Virus record (IMG/VR): IMGVR_UViG_2617271113_000004
Span: 64,001-128,000 of that record
Strand: one strand, 5' to 3'
DNA length: 64,000 nt
From: a virus
Taxonomy: Duplodnaviria; Caudoviricetes
The notes under the pieces are model-generated. The model did no database searches. It had not been told where the DNA came from and saw only the letters and a program-made list of their open reading frames with translations. The first letter of the stretch is position 1. Every line of letters starts with the position of its first letter. The position numbers were made by a program, and so were the translations under genes. Shown here in pieces: positions 12,301 through 21,088 of this stretch.

Positions 12301-13162
12301 GTAAATCAAAAGAATCTCCATTGTAAGATACAAAATAATTATCTTTATTCGCATTTATAAAATCATTATAAGAAGATATAGCTTGATTAGCTTTTATACC
12401 GTATTTCTCACTTATATTAATTAGTCCTGATTCTGCATGTCTAAGTACAGATTGCATATTATCGATAACCCTAGAATTAATCATTTTCTCATCTTGAAAC
12501 AGCTTATTTGCTAGTGTGTTATGAGAGAAATCAATAAGGTCATTATTCTCCAATTTAAAATTTGCGGGACTTATTCCTTTTTCTGATAATGTTGAGTATC
12601 TTGTTATATCAACCAGTGTTCGTTTTTCTGAATCAGAAAGAAGATTAAATTGATAAGGGTCGATTTTTAATCTATCCATTAACGTTACAATATTATTTTG
12701 AACATCAACAGATGGAGCAATTACTTGTGTTAGACTTTTATTAGAAGGAACAAACGTATTACCACTTCTTCTAAACCCTTGAATCGCAATTTCAGAAACA
12801 CTAAAATTTTTTCTATTCATTGCATCCCCAAGTGTCTCAATATCATAAGTAAAGTATTCATTGGCTTTCGCTAATTCATTAAATTTTTGGACTTGAAGCT
12901 GCCCTGTTTTATTATAAGGTGTACTAAAGTGGCGAGATATAGATTGTCCATTTGGCCCAGCTATATCTTGATCAAATTGACTTTTATGGGAGTTATTAAC
13001 CAATGATGCCATTTTAGTAACATTAGTAGCATAGTTGTCATTATACTGGTAACTCCTTTTATTAACAGGGTTAAATTGAGCCACAAGGTTATAATTGCCT
13101 TGTGGCGGAGACATATATTGTATCCCTGCATCTTCCATTTTTTTAATCAGATCTTCATTCAC
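6383..13162 (-). CDS. Putative virion-packaged single-chain two-barrel RNA polymerase with an N-terminal DEDDh 3'-5' exonuclease domain
   Basis: NTRYPT...MKADSDGDYD (RxP and DxDGD), IGQASN, ISSKHG; N-terminal YDIET / YNGDSFD / AHSASHD; lies in the structural operon. Confidence 0.75.
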   Translation of the reverse strand: MNEDLIKKMEDAGIQYMSPPQGNYNLVAQFNPVNKRSYQYNDNYATNVTKMASLVNNSHKSQFDQDIAGPNGQSISRHFSTPYNKTGQLQVQKFNELAKANEYFTYDIETLGDAMNRKNFSVSEIAIQGFRRSGNTFVPSNKSLTQVIAPSVDVQNNIVTLMDRLKIDPYQFNLLSDSEKRTLVDITRYSTLSEKGISPANFKLENNDLIDFSHNTLANKLFQDEKMINSRVIDNMQSVLRHAESGLINISEKYGIKANQAISSYNDFINANKDNYFVSYNGDSFDLPVLQSWGQIKGNSPVNQPKKHLDYYQVVQTAYSNPIDLHKSLGRDFSSNPLKTGMTKLQEFRSTLGFDLESAHSASHDIGTEGLGGVINHSIGTIKNKINASKTNIQAGFNYHEPGFSWSNQSLETGQTLFAVGGVRAKRDGDLSFSAKFDPETGSYNPINDSFNTTIINAKSFYEVEGLMDLSDNEMKRYGLRLYNKEKDMHSFIVREGNEAFDELAGFVQNRFYNWDGLTSNQRREINDAKLTDSARRRYERMFSLEKAGSGKTGGYEAARRLYGNAEILEKRLLGKHKHISGSNYQELIRNRITHEELMNQMEGKFNSLWDSNSKSWVHNPVEQEEFFRMGMRLISERPVYETALKYIGENLKDPAQRDMAWRLYSNKVNEAFPMQQEDISLQDFERKRISFTDYFSNTSHTLNMTNTESVEQSIKNYVYSRDISGSDLDKDLKEDRYRERMNRFIKNLNNNKVINNNIAGNLTDINNESSTVHNAIVQISDILQHSNIKFDQSVKQTSLGYNSAVQQLNNETNELMFREAVNTVKEVNATRFNPNDAPGTRVTFSSTVEKALSRLDETHLSGLQPNNRNALEKVVSNLIENDAYNKYHFAVSMDEHTKNARISIYNPSQSTSVIDHLSQGMNHPNAVTINMPLIGQNGIHTIGNRRLNARSFATYNNGNIGIKSSAEVLADNYTDKINYIMNPMLDGNAELANTRSRRVLNESVNQLSGIQRNLTNNDTFNYNNNQSDFFKQGNVDIENAMIQDWYQTGKLRQEDIFSNAFENGYLKKNVTFDNIKPRKSYEMLLASGEWLSQKNLDLYAGTNKADNVALGSFNKLDVRDYLPYGHFTFQGRDNSVQFMNAHLISPKVASDIQEATRDTNAFLRFDDLVTTEAQREWSNEWRKQAGGNHMGVNLKTAFMNDQQLLERLESIKETNPDLLKREGVINEDGSWNHTNIPTIYEQQGLVASDIQSKMRATEQKVLSETDNVNLFRNMQPGATVKPGQTLGTEIVEGNERPITYNGKHDATVIQQNGRIGVSWEEDVFKYIVEGEKATDVSISRDLMSAITGDDSVSMVLNANIQKHRDFGMYLSGKAKLLANHAQEISSELIKANTETHPNDKASSRALERMELQKQFDRTIRMASKVNLKWDDETQMFIQEGNKPIPAQRFNRIFNSLGINDKTELEFDTAILEARASKVSNYSTMTDEQGRKVLRLEHDKNGNVIKRYARTDIGFEHGGVNWGHREMGVLKDLKLDNTYNKVYETMMSQASNKTRLQETKNIIASITGAVDNQNQLLNNAPELEVENFRSLPSIDADMNTYKKTVFDKDYIHALTGGDNAHGYWLKLPSVEAPNGNSRKVALNLNGNTSERVAIDNIFIPFTNREETNGKVFLRDLQKKIGDIYKRADDVQRAGSIEARNTAMDSLQASVDDYFRQATKDVTSSKGQTGKEVLRAGMNTSGNGLFKLMDPKVSMDLDGEFTFISPDDAKAMGVYEDLAKRASGEIDGDLFVMNTRYPTFHSNAMQIAKLRMSDDVKSGEFRTTSWMSDLMKADSDGDYDNIVVMKDKEVQKEWESRYNEQEARRQKAYEKQINKDSRSARSYDPNYILKGQDRFAPFQPNTQEELASKIGKRVIGQASNLNLTLRQMAFEYLDHGSSEQRAVLDFGQDLEQKPISSKHGLTVEEGRAPAIELVNSIYRGNWSKTREIQQRYFADDFDTEMMEKAFSAIDKVKGNMENGLYNKSYKFGTSSGLDPEIGLKNITDIINGSAPNEQRTMGNTYLNMIHQMLGVDASKEYIDLEGNVHSRVNPYESMEAKRREPRSTTLAGATGEYANDLTGNVSESIGRKVQEFFEAMSENKKLRWGVIGSGLALGALGGYNILRHSEPINDPTETDGHYEINQPQPALNMESNAFQGTQNADIQIQAKGNSVTQDQLSHLVNEGITNSNMSPSQSRISINYSDNTNQLNRIWYRDKVEESI

Positions 13163-13177
13163 TAGTCTTCACTTCCT

Positions 13178-16100
13178 CTACAAATAAGCGTCCATGTTAT
13201 AACGAAATTCATCTTCAATTTCCTTTGATCGGTCTTGTTGATAATTAATTCGTGTATGTGTTTCATTACCATTACTTGGCTTTACAATAACTTGTACATT
13301 ATGAAGGCCTTGCCCTTGTAACACATCTCTTAAATTCTTTTCAACACTTTGATAACCAAGAAACTCGGGTTCATTGTAATCATTTGGAAGATCTGGAGTT
13401 AACGCTGCAGCTTCAATATCATCATTCCAATAATTGAAATCTGTTAAATCAATTCCCTCTTCCATTACAGTTTTTACCTTAATATCATCTAAACTATACT
13501 CCGGAGACCAACCTTCCCAATCTGCGTCTGGTATTGCATATTTATTAGCATAGTAAGAAAGAGGTTTCTTCTCTTCTGCTTCCATTCCCCATATTGTTTT
13601 ATAAATTCTTCTTTGGTTTTCAGGAACCAGTTCTAATATCTTTTTCCTATCCGCTGCATTTGCATCAACAAATTCATTAAAGAACCATTTATCTTTATAA
13701 GGAAGTGACTGCATTACCTTCATTCGGTCTTCGTGAGGATCAATTCCATAAAGCGTTGTATCTCGTTGTTCTTTATAATATAACGCTTGAGCAACAGGTG
13801 TAGGTAGTTGAATTTCATCCCATTGTTCTTCTATCTTCTTTAACTCAATATTTATCTTTTTCTTTTTTTCTTCCCAATTCCTAGGTTGCTCGATATACAG
13901 CTGCTTCTTTTGTTCTTCTAGTTCTCGTCTAGCTTCCTTTGTACGTTGTTCTTTTTCTTCAACATTTCTCAAAAATTCATCAGCGTCATAACCCAAATGA
14001 TCTAGCTCTTCTTTTGCCTTTTCATATAGACCTGCATATTTCATGTATTTCAAGATATCGAAATACTCATTTATGTCCTGTTCAGTTCTTCTTCTTTCTG
14101 GTATCCATCGCTCATCATTTCTATATTGATATAACTTTGCAAAGGCATTAGCGGTTAAACCAGTTATACCACCAATAATAGCTCCGGCCTTTGTTCTATT
14201 TCCCCCACCTAGAAAAATACGACCTACTACTCCACCAAACATCGCTCCACTTAAACCTGCAAGCAGTGGGTTGTCTTTACCAGCCATCTTATGAATTGCA
14301 GGTATCCCATAATCAGTAATACCAAAGTTTTCCCATGTAGACCAATCTTGACCATAAATCTGATCTCTTTCATATTCTTCTAATGCTGTTCTAACTTGTA
14401 AGAATTTCGTATTAAGCGCAGAATCAAAATGAGCAATACTTTCCCACCTTGAACCTTTTGCTATTTCTTCCGGGGAAAATCTAGCCCATACTCCAGGTGA
14501 TGAAAAATCAGATTCTAATTCTTTCATTTGTCCAGCATCAATGATTTGTTTATTTAGACTGTTAATGCCTTGAAAGACTACTGCTCGCATTGTTCCATAC
14601 GTATCACTAGAAATTCGCTTATTTTCATCTGCGTCAATACCAATAGTTATTCTATCACCTACATCAATGTACTCCTCAAGCACTCCTTCTGCATTAGCTC
14701 TAGAGTCCACACCTGCTAAACGAATTGGTTGATCCCCGTATTCTTCTGTTAAAAATGTGTAGTCATCTAAAAAGCGTGTAACTGTCACTTTCTCTTTTTC
14801 AAGCTCAGCGTCTTTATAGAGATATTCTTGAAACTCATATTTTTGTTTTCTTCTAGATACTTGTCTTTTTATTTGGGCTGCTTGCTTTCTCAACTGATCA
14901 TCTTCAACGTACTCTGTTACGTAGTCTTTCCAAAATTTATATTCATCTGACCAAGGAGCAACATCAGCAAGAATCTTAAACTTATCAAAAGCACCATAAG
15001 TTCCTGTTTCATCTGGATGCAATCGATTTAGTTTTTCATATGCTTCTCCTGGTAATCTATACTCTCCATGCGGTATAAGACTATATGGATCACCTGTTTG
15101 AAAGTTAATAAAATAGTTCCCACCTGGCAACCAATCAGGCATTGTATTTGGAATAGGATTATACTTATCTAATTGACCACTATCTCTACGAATAAATCGC
15201 CTACCAATTTCTGATAAGCTACCACCTAGCGAACCAAGTTCTGATTCCCAAAAAGCATCAGAAGCATTATAAGCCTCGTCTGATTTGGCAACTACTGTTT
15301 TTCCTACATATGGATCTCTCCCTAATATTTCATCCATGAAGATCCAGTTATAAACACCATGTGGCTCTAACCAGTTACTAGCAAGCTCTTGTCCCCTCCA
15401 TTCAAAGCTTCTAGGGTCTTGTAGTTCATTAATTTTATTTTTATCTACTTGTTGTTGATATTCATATGAAGGAGCAAACATGCCTCTAGGTTCTGTCTCA
15501 ACGCTTCTTTGATCATTTTGTTCTGCAGCAATAAATGCACTATTTAAATCTACATATTTATCATTTAACCGTCGAGGTAGATAAATTGTTTTGCCTGTTG
15601 TAGGATCACCAATGATCATATCTCCTGTAGGATCACTGTCTTCATCATATCGCCTTCTTGCAATGTAATAAGATGAACGTGCGCCATAATCTTCTGGTGA
15701 AGCATCAACATTATATTCAATTCGACCTGAAGGGGATATCCGTGTTGTAACAGGTTCAACTGGTCTTTCTCCTAATAAATCGAATTCCTCTTGTACTACT
15801 TCAGGATCTCCCCAATATTCTTTGTGCATTTCTCTTGTTGGTTTAATTAATTGTCCTATTGTCATATTTCCGATATCACCTAGAAAAGGTGTATTACTAT
15901 TAAATAAATCACCTGTTAACATATATGGTCGATCATAATAATGCTTTTTCTCCCACCAGTAAGGATCTCTTGTACCTATGAGAAATGATAATGCACCTAA
16001 TGGATTTTCAAATGTAGGAAACAGGGAATGTGCGTATTTTTCTTCCGCACTTGAAGTTACTTCAGAATACTCCCAATCGCTATGCGCTTTACGATAACTA

Positions 16101-18997
16101 TTAGGAGCAAATTCGATAATACGATCTCCTCGATAAGCTGTTCGAGAACCAATTGCCCACCATCGACCTTTACGGATTTCTTCTGTACCGTGAAGAAGAT
16201 CATCATAGGTTTCTTCTACGGTCATAGTGTCTTCTTCGCTTAATGGTGCAGCACCAGTCAATCCATTTAACAGATGGCCAGGTCCAACTTCCCCTATTCC
16301 TGGTATATGAATTTCCGGCATAGCTTCAAAATGCTCTATTCCTGGCTTTAACATTCTTTCTCTACGCAACTCATCAGTGGATCCAAAAGTCTCTCGTAAT
16401 TCAGCATCTTCGATTCGTTGATTAGCTTTATAATTTTCCCAACGTTCTTCGATACCAGCCCCAGTGTGTTTATCTAATAAATAATCTGTGTACTGATACC
16501 CTTCCGCTGCTCCAACAATTGGAAGCCCTCTTTTCAGCAACAGAGAACTCCAGATTTGTAACGGGCTTCCCATAGAAGCATCTGACAAACCTAAACCTAA
16601 ACTACCTAAAGCTTCTTGAATACGATATACAGGATAATACGACCCAAATATGGATAGAGTAGTTACATCTTCTGGATTTCTTCTTCCTGTTCGAAAGCTA
16701 CTTTGTTTTAATAAGTCAGCAATTCCTTCACCGCTACCTAGGTTTTTAAATATATTTGCTTTGTTTACTGCAATATATTCATTTGCAATTTGATTTGTAT
16801 GTTGAGCATTTGTATTCTTATGAAGAAGTGGATTTATTTTCTTCGCCATTTGACTTAAACTACTTTGAAAGCTTTTACTTGCATCGTCATTTTCAAGCAA
16901 AAGTCCATTAACATCCTCAAAGATTCGTTCATAATTCCCATTAACATGTCTACCAGCTTGCTCAAACATTTGCTGGTTAATTAGCCATTCGGCTTCTTGT
17001 AGATCCTTTTTTAAAATTGCTCCAGATTTTTGACTATCTTTTAACTTTTTCCTTAATTGATGTTGAACTTCTTTTGACCTCAATAGTCCATTTGGTTTCA
17101 CTTCGGTTATTTGCCTGATTAATTCTTTACCAACTTCTTGGTTTATTTCATCCATTCCTGTTTTAATTTGTATCGTACCACCCATAATCATACTTGTTTG
17201 ACCATGAGGAATGGTTTTGCCAAGTACTTCATCTGGGTTTCTTTCAAAGTTCCGATACAATTGATTAAATGCAAAACTTGTATCAATATTTTCGTCTTGG
17301 CCTAAATGTTTAAATAGACGAATCATGTCATCGTCTCTGGAGAAATTAATATTCATTTCATTAATTTTATTAAGCAGAGAAGTAGGTAGATCACTTTTAA
17401 TCTCATTAAAAACTCTTGATGATAAGCCTTTTGAATTTTGATCAAGAAAACGTTGCATGTCATGATATTGACTTGGCGAATCAATACCATGTTGCAGTGC
17501 TTTGTTTATTTTTCTTCGATCCCAATCCTTATCCCAAAATTTTGAGAATACACTAAAACCTTCAACAGCTATTGGATCTTTTTCCTGACCACCGATATCT
17601 AATAATTTAGCTAACTTGCTATTGGATGCATCCATACCCATAATAGATCTAGATCCATCTGTCATGGTTCCACTCATTTGTCTGGAAATTGTTGATATTG
17701 TTCCAAATCGGGCTGATGTCAAATACATATCTCTTTCAGGATTTAGAACTTCAAGTGGTTTATTACTCGTAATAGCCTGGTGATCAAATAAACGCATAAA
17801 TTTTCCGTTTGAAAAAATAACATCTTCAGTTAGTGGCTCATTTGCTTTCAAACCTAGATGACCATTTAGCATAGGTTGAACGGTACCACGTTTAAAAATC
17901 CTAAAGCTAGATTGCTCTCTGGCTGATCGAATATTTATGATATCCCTTAAGTGCATTAATCCACCTGGAAGAGTGTGAGACCACCATTCCATTGCGTCCC
18001 GTTTCACTTGATCTAACGGCTTATAATCTGTTAATCCAGTTGCTTTTCCATCTTTCAAATTGACATATAAATTATTATCGAATATAGCGTCCTTGAAATC
18101 CTTATTGTATCCTAATACACTATCAATTTGTGATTTTACATCCTCTGGCAAGATTGCTTTTTGACTCTTGTGTAGATCTAATACATCCTGGATGGTTGCC
18201 TGTTTAAGGTTAGATCCAATAATCGTTTGTTTTATTGTACCATTAGCTTTAGTAATACTTTCTATGTCTTTGGAAGTAGCAGCTCTTAACTTTTCTTGTA
18301 TTCCCTCTATCCATTCTTTTCCCTGTTGAGACGTTTTAGAGAAATCTTTACTTTTGTTTTTTAACCGAATATCGTTAACTAAATCAATAACACCTTTATC
18401 TTGAATTCCTTCTTGGTTTAATAAATGTCGGATATCAGAGTTACTTCCTTTTCGGAGAACACCATTATATCCACGGCCAATGCCTCTTTCAATTTGATCT
18501 GCTGTATCTTTCGTTATATTATTTGATTTTCGTACCTCTTGCATTACCGATTGAAGTCGAAGTCCTTCACTCATATATTCAGGTACATCATTTTCAATCA
18601 ATTGTTGTCGTTGTCTAAGATAACGAGTCATATCAAATTCTCTACTAGACAGTAGGCTCTTCTCTTGCTTGTCTTTGAGAGACAAAAGATCCTCTTTTTT
18701 GTTTTGATATGTATCTCTTGACTTCTTTAAACGATCTAAGCTAAAGTTTTTCGCAAACGACCCTTCTTCATTCATCGTCTCTCTAAAGGCTTGTCGGGAA
18801 GCGGATACTTCTCTATTTAAGAATCTAGAAAGTTGGCGCATTGCTCCTGATCTATGCCCAATCGCTAATGCACCAACTGCTGCAACAGCACCTAAACCAG
18901 CCTTTTGATATAAAGGCATCTCTTCATTTTCAGAAGTCAAATAACGGCGGTATTCATGATTAGAATTTTGGTAATCTTCTACTCTTAACTCTTCCAT
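13178..18997 (-). CDS. Giant virion protein (tape-measure or ejected protein) with hydrophobic segments and an SNase-like domain
   Basis: Follows the tail chaperones (usual tape-measure position); VTRFLDDYTF...PIRLAGVDS resembles thermonuclease motifs; Gly-rich hydrophobic helices. Confidence 0.55.
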   Translation of the reverse strand: MEELRVEDYQNSNHEYRRYLTSENEEMPLYQKAGLGAVAAVGALAIGHRSGAMRQLSRFLNREVSASRQAFRETMNEEGSFAKNFSLDRLKKSRDTYQNKKEDLLSLKDKQEKSLLSSREFDMTRYLRQRQQLIENDVPEYMSEGLRLQSVMQEVRKSNNITKDTADQIERGIGRGYNGVLRKGSNSDIRHLLNQEGIQDKGVIDLVNDIRLKNKSKDFSKTSQQGKEWIEGIQEKLRAATSKDIESITKANGTIKQTIIGSNLKQATIQDVLDLHKSQKAILPEDVKSQIDSVLGYNKDFKDAIFDNNLYVNLKDGKATGLTDYKPLDQVKRDAMEWWSHTLPGGLMHLRDIINIRSAREQSSFRIFKRGTVQPMLNGHLGLKANEPLTEDVIFSNGKFMRLFDHQAITSNKPLEVLNPERDMYLTSARFGTISTISRQMSGTMTDGSRSIMGMDASNSKLAKLLDIGGQEKDPIAVEGFSVFSKFWDKDWDRRKINKALQHGIDSPSQYHDMQRFLDQNSKGLSSRVFNEIKSDLPTSLLNKINEMNINFSRDDDMIRLFKHLGQDENIDTSFAFNQLYRNFERNPDEVLGKTIPHGQTSMIMGGTIQIKTGMDEINQEVGKELIRQITEVKPNGLLRSKEVQHQLRKKLKDSQKSGAILKKDLQEAEWLINQQMFEQAGRHVNGNYERIFEDVNGLLLENDDASKSFQSSLSQMAKKINPLLHKNTNAQHTNQIANEYIAVNKANIFKNLGSGEGIADLLKQSSFRTGRRNPEDVTTLSIFGSYYPVYRIQEALGSLGLGLSDASMGSPLQIWSSLLLKRGLPIVGAAEGYQYTDYLLDKHTGAGIEERWENYKANQRIEDAELRETFGSTDELRRERMLKPGIEHFEAMPEIHIPGIGEVGPGHLLNGLTGAAPLSEEDTMTVEETYDDLLHGTEEIRKGRWWAIGSRTAYRGDRIIEFAPNSYRKAHSDWEYSEVTSSAEEKYAHSLFPTFENPLGALSFLIGTRDPYWWEKKHYYDRPYMLTGDLFNSNTPFLGDIGNMTIGQLIKPTREMHKEYWGDPEVVQEEFDLLGERPVEPVTTRISPSGRIEYNVDASPEDYGARSSYYIARRRYDEDSDPTGDMIIGDPTTGKTIYLPRRLNDKYVDLNSAFIAAEQNDQRSVETEPRGMFAPSYEYQQQVDKNKINELQDPRSFEWRGQELASNWLEPHGVYNWIFMDEILGRDPYVGKTVVAKSDEAYNASDAFWESELGSLGGSLSEIGRRFIRRDSGQLDKYNPIPNTMPDWLPGGNYFINFQTGDPYSLIPHGEYRLPGEAYEKLNRLHPDETGTYGAFDKFKILADVAPWSDEYKFWKDYVTEYVEDDQLRKQAAQIKRQVSRRKQKYEFQEYLYKDAELEKEKVTVTRFLDDYTFLTEEYGDQPIRLAGVDSRANAEGVLEEYIDVGDRITIGIDADENKRISSDTYGTMRAVVFQGINSLNKQIIDAGQMKELESDFSSPGVWARFSPEEIAKGSRWESIAHFDSALNTKFLQVRTALEEYERDQIYGQDWSTWENFGITDYGIPAIHKMAGKDNPLLAGLSGAMFGGVVGRIFLGGGNRTKAGAIIGGITGLTANAFAKLYQYRNDERWIPERRRTEQDINEYFDILKYMKYAGLYEKAKEELDHLGYDADEFLRNVEEKEQRTKEARRELEEQKKQLYIEQPRNWEEKKKKINIELKKIEEQWDEIQLPTPVAQALYYKEQRDTTLYGIDPHEDRMKVMQSLPYKDKWFFNEFVDANAADRKKILELVPENQRRIYKTIWGMEAEEKKPLSYYANKYAIPDADWEGWSPEYSLDDIKVKTVMEEGIDLTDFNYWNDDIEAAALTPDLPNDYNEPEFLGYQSVEKNLRDVLQGQGLHNVQVIVKPSNGNETHTRINYQQDRSKEIEDEFRYNMDAYL

Positions 18998-19008
18998 AGC
19001 ATTCCCAC

Positions 19009-19767
19009 CTATTCAAAATCCCCTTTAAGTTCTTCTTCTGCTTTAAACCAAGAAAGTTCAGGAATTATATCTAATTCCTCATTAGGATTATAATTTATAT
19101 ATCTTCCGTTCTTTGCTTCATTTTCTTCTAGCATAGCTATCACTTCAGCTTCACTTAACTCTCCATTTTCTCCCTTCTCCTTTGAAAGTGATTGGCTAGT
19201 ATCAGTTTCATTAGTGAAGTTATATTGATAATTCTGCTGAGCAGGATTTTGTTCTTCTTGAGTAAACTGAAGTGGTACTCCTTTTAACTCTTTTAAAATG
19301 TACTCTGCTCTTGAAAGATAATACATACTCTTATTAATTGGCCAATTCGATATTTCTTCAATAGACAAAGAAGGGAAGGCTTCATGAATAATACAATCTA
19401 CCTGAAAATCAAAATGAAGCATCTCTTCACGATAGTGTTGCAGAAGCACTTCTGCCTGTCCTTCCATTAAATTAGATGTCTGGATAATATTGTTTGATAA
19501 GGATTCAGCTACTCCGGCAGGTCCTGAAGAAAAGTCATATTTAGGATGTAATACACAAAGATTACACACATGCTCTTGAAGTTTAGTAATATCGTCTTGA
19601 AAATTTATTAGAGCTTGATTATACTCTTGACGACCTATTTCTCTATATATAAAATTTAAATCCAATTCTTTTTCTTCATCACCGATATTAATCTCATAAA
19701 TATTAGCGTATTTTTCTTTCCACTCATGTACTAGACTTTCTTTTACTTGCAATCTCATTATTATCAT
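19009..19767 (-). CDS. Tail assembly chaperone, long paralog
   Basis: N-terminus VHEWKEKYANIY..YREIGRQEY matches the adjacent 154-aa ORF; synteny. Confidence 0.6.
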   Translation of the reverse strand: MIIMRLQVKESLVHEWKEKYANIYEINIGDEEKELDLNFIYREIGRQEYNQALINFQDDITKLQEHVCNLCVLHPKYDFSSGPAGVAESLSNNIIQTSNLMEGQAEVLLQHYREEMLHFDFQVDCIIHEAFPSLSIEEISNWPINKSMYYLSRAEYILKELKGVPLQFTQEEQNPAQQNYQYNFTNETDTSQSLSKEKGENGELSEAEVIAMLEENEAKNGRYINYNPNEELDIIPELSWFKAEEELKGDFE

Positions 19768-19775
19768 CCCAATTT

Positions 19776-20240
19776 TTACAATTGTATTGGAGCACTTTGT
19801 GCAAAGAAGCCAGATTTACTCATAATCATTTCATTCAAAACTGTAGGTAAACCAGCGTTTCCTTTTGTTAGCTTGGAAACGGAAAAGTTTCTAGGAAATA
19901 TAACACATTTGTCAGTTATAATCTCTTCTTTATCAAAGGCAGTATAATCTTGGTTTAATGCTACTTCTCGATATTCAGCTCTATTTAATTGTCTAAACAT
20001 ATATATGTCAGAATCAAAAGGAACAAAATAAATATTTCCATACTTATCCTTCCACTCTTCAACTTCTTGTCTGGTAGGCCCTTTTGGAACTACTTCTTGC
20101 GCCCACTCTTCTTTTGAAAATTCTTCACCACGCTCGGTGATAATTACATCTTCTTTCTTCTTTTGTACTGCTTCCTCTAAATTTTCTTGTTCTTCTTTAT
20201 CTTCTGAGAACATCTCTAGTTGTTTATCCTGATTTTCCAT
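19776..20240 (-). CDS. Tail assembly chaperone
   Basis: VEEWKDKYGNIY..FRQLNRAEY; lies between tube genes and the tape-measure-like gene. Confidence 0.65.
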   Translation of the reverse strand: MENQDKQLEMFSEDKEEQENLEEAVQKKKEDVIITERGEEFSKEEWAQEVVPKGPTRQEVEEWKDKYGNIYFVPFDSDIYMFRQLNRAEYREVALNQDYTAFDKEEIITDKCVIFPRNFSVSKLTKGNAGLPTVLNEMIMSKSGFFAQSAPIQL

Positions 20241-20264
20241 TATAATCGCTCCTCATTTTAATAT

Positions 20265-20278
20265 TGTAATGCATTACA
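20265..20278. promoter_or_regulatory. Palindromic operator-like site TGTAATGCATTACA, copy 1
   Basis: Perfect 14-bp intergenic palindrome just downstream of a minus-strand TATAAT; recurs at 52386 and 53938. Confidence 0.65.
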
Positions 20279-20298
20279 TAATACTATTATATTAGTTT

Positions 20299-21075
20299 TT
20301 AAAGTGTATTGGAAGACCCATTTAAGTCCTGTGCCATAAAAGAATAAACTTCTTGAATAGGAGCACCTTGATCTGCTGTAGCTACTCTCTTTTGCACTCC
20401 AGTTATCTGAACCCCATTGACAGTTTCAACTGTTAAATTAGGCTTTATTGATTGATCTTTAGAAGAATAAAATTGATTATTTCTATAAGACTCTTCAACT
20501 GCTCCATAGTTAATTCTTAGATTAAATCCATAGGGATTATTTCGTTGAAAATATGGCGCATAAGCATCTGTCAATAGGTGGTCTTCACCTTCTGTTTCTT
20601 CTCCCCAAATTGCACGTTCATATTCTTCTGCAATTTGCTCAAAGCTTTCTTTTCCATATAGACGAAGAATCTCATCTAGTTTATATTTTTCATAATGTTC
20701 TATATTAATTCCTTTAGAATTTGACACAGAAGTTAATGTATGTTGAATAGCTTCTGCATGCTGTAATACTTGCTGTAAATAGCTAACAGATTTAAAGTTC
20801 ATGCTAAAAGCTCCCATAATCTGTCTTCTCCCTCTTACCACTTCATCGTAAGTGTAGCTATTATATCCATAGATAGGCAAAATTTCTTCTTTTAAAGAGA
20901 ACTCTAGGCTTGTTATTTCGTCTACCCATATATCTCCGAAATAAATGTGCATATCTGCTCCGGAAAAATATTCTTGACTATATAGTTGATATTCAACTCT
21001 AGTGTCCTTTCTGTTGTAATTATCACGCTGTGGCATTAAAGTTCTTTTACTCAACCCGCTTCCTTGAATAATCAT
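20299..21075 (-). CDS. Tail tube-like protein (paralog 3)
   Basis: FSGADM..EEILPIYG..RGRRQIMGAF shared with the other two tube-like ORFs. Confidence 0.65.
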   Translation of the reverse strand: MIIQGSGLSKRTLMPQRDNYNRKDTRVEYQLYSQEYFSGADMHIYFGDIWVDEITSLEFSLKEEILPIYGYNSYTYDEVVRGRRQIMGAFSMNFKSVSYLQQVLQHAEAIQHTLTSVSNSKGINIEHYEKYKLDEILRLYGKESFEQIAEEYERAIWGEETEGEDHLLTDAYAPYFQRNNPYGFNLRINYGAVEESYRNNQFYSSKDQSIKPNLTVETVNGVQITGVQKRVATADQGAPIQEVYSFMAQDLNGSSNTL

Positions 21076-21088
21076 AATTTAGACTCCT

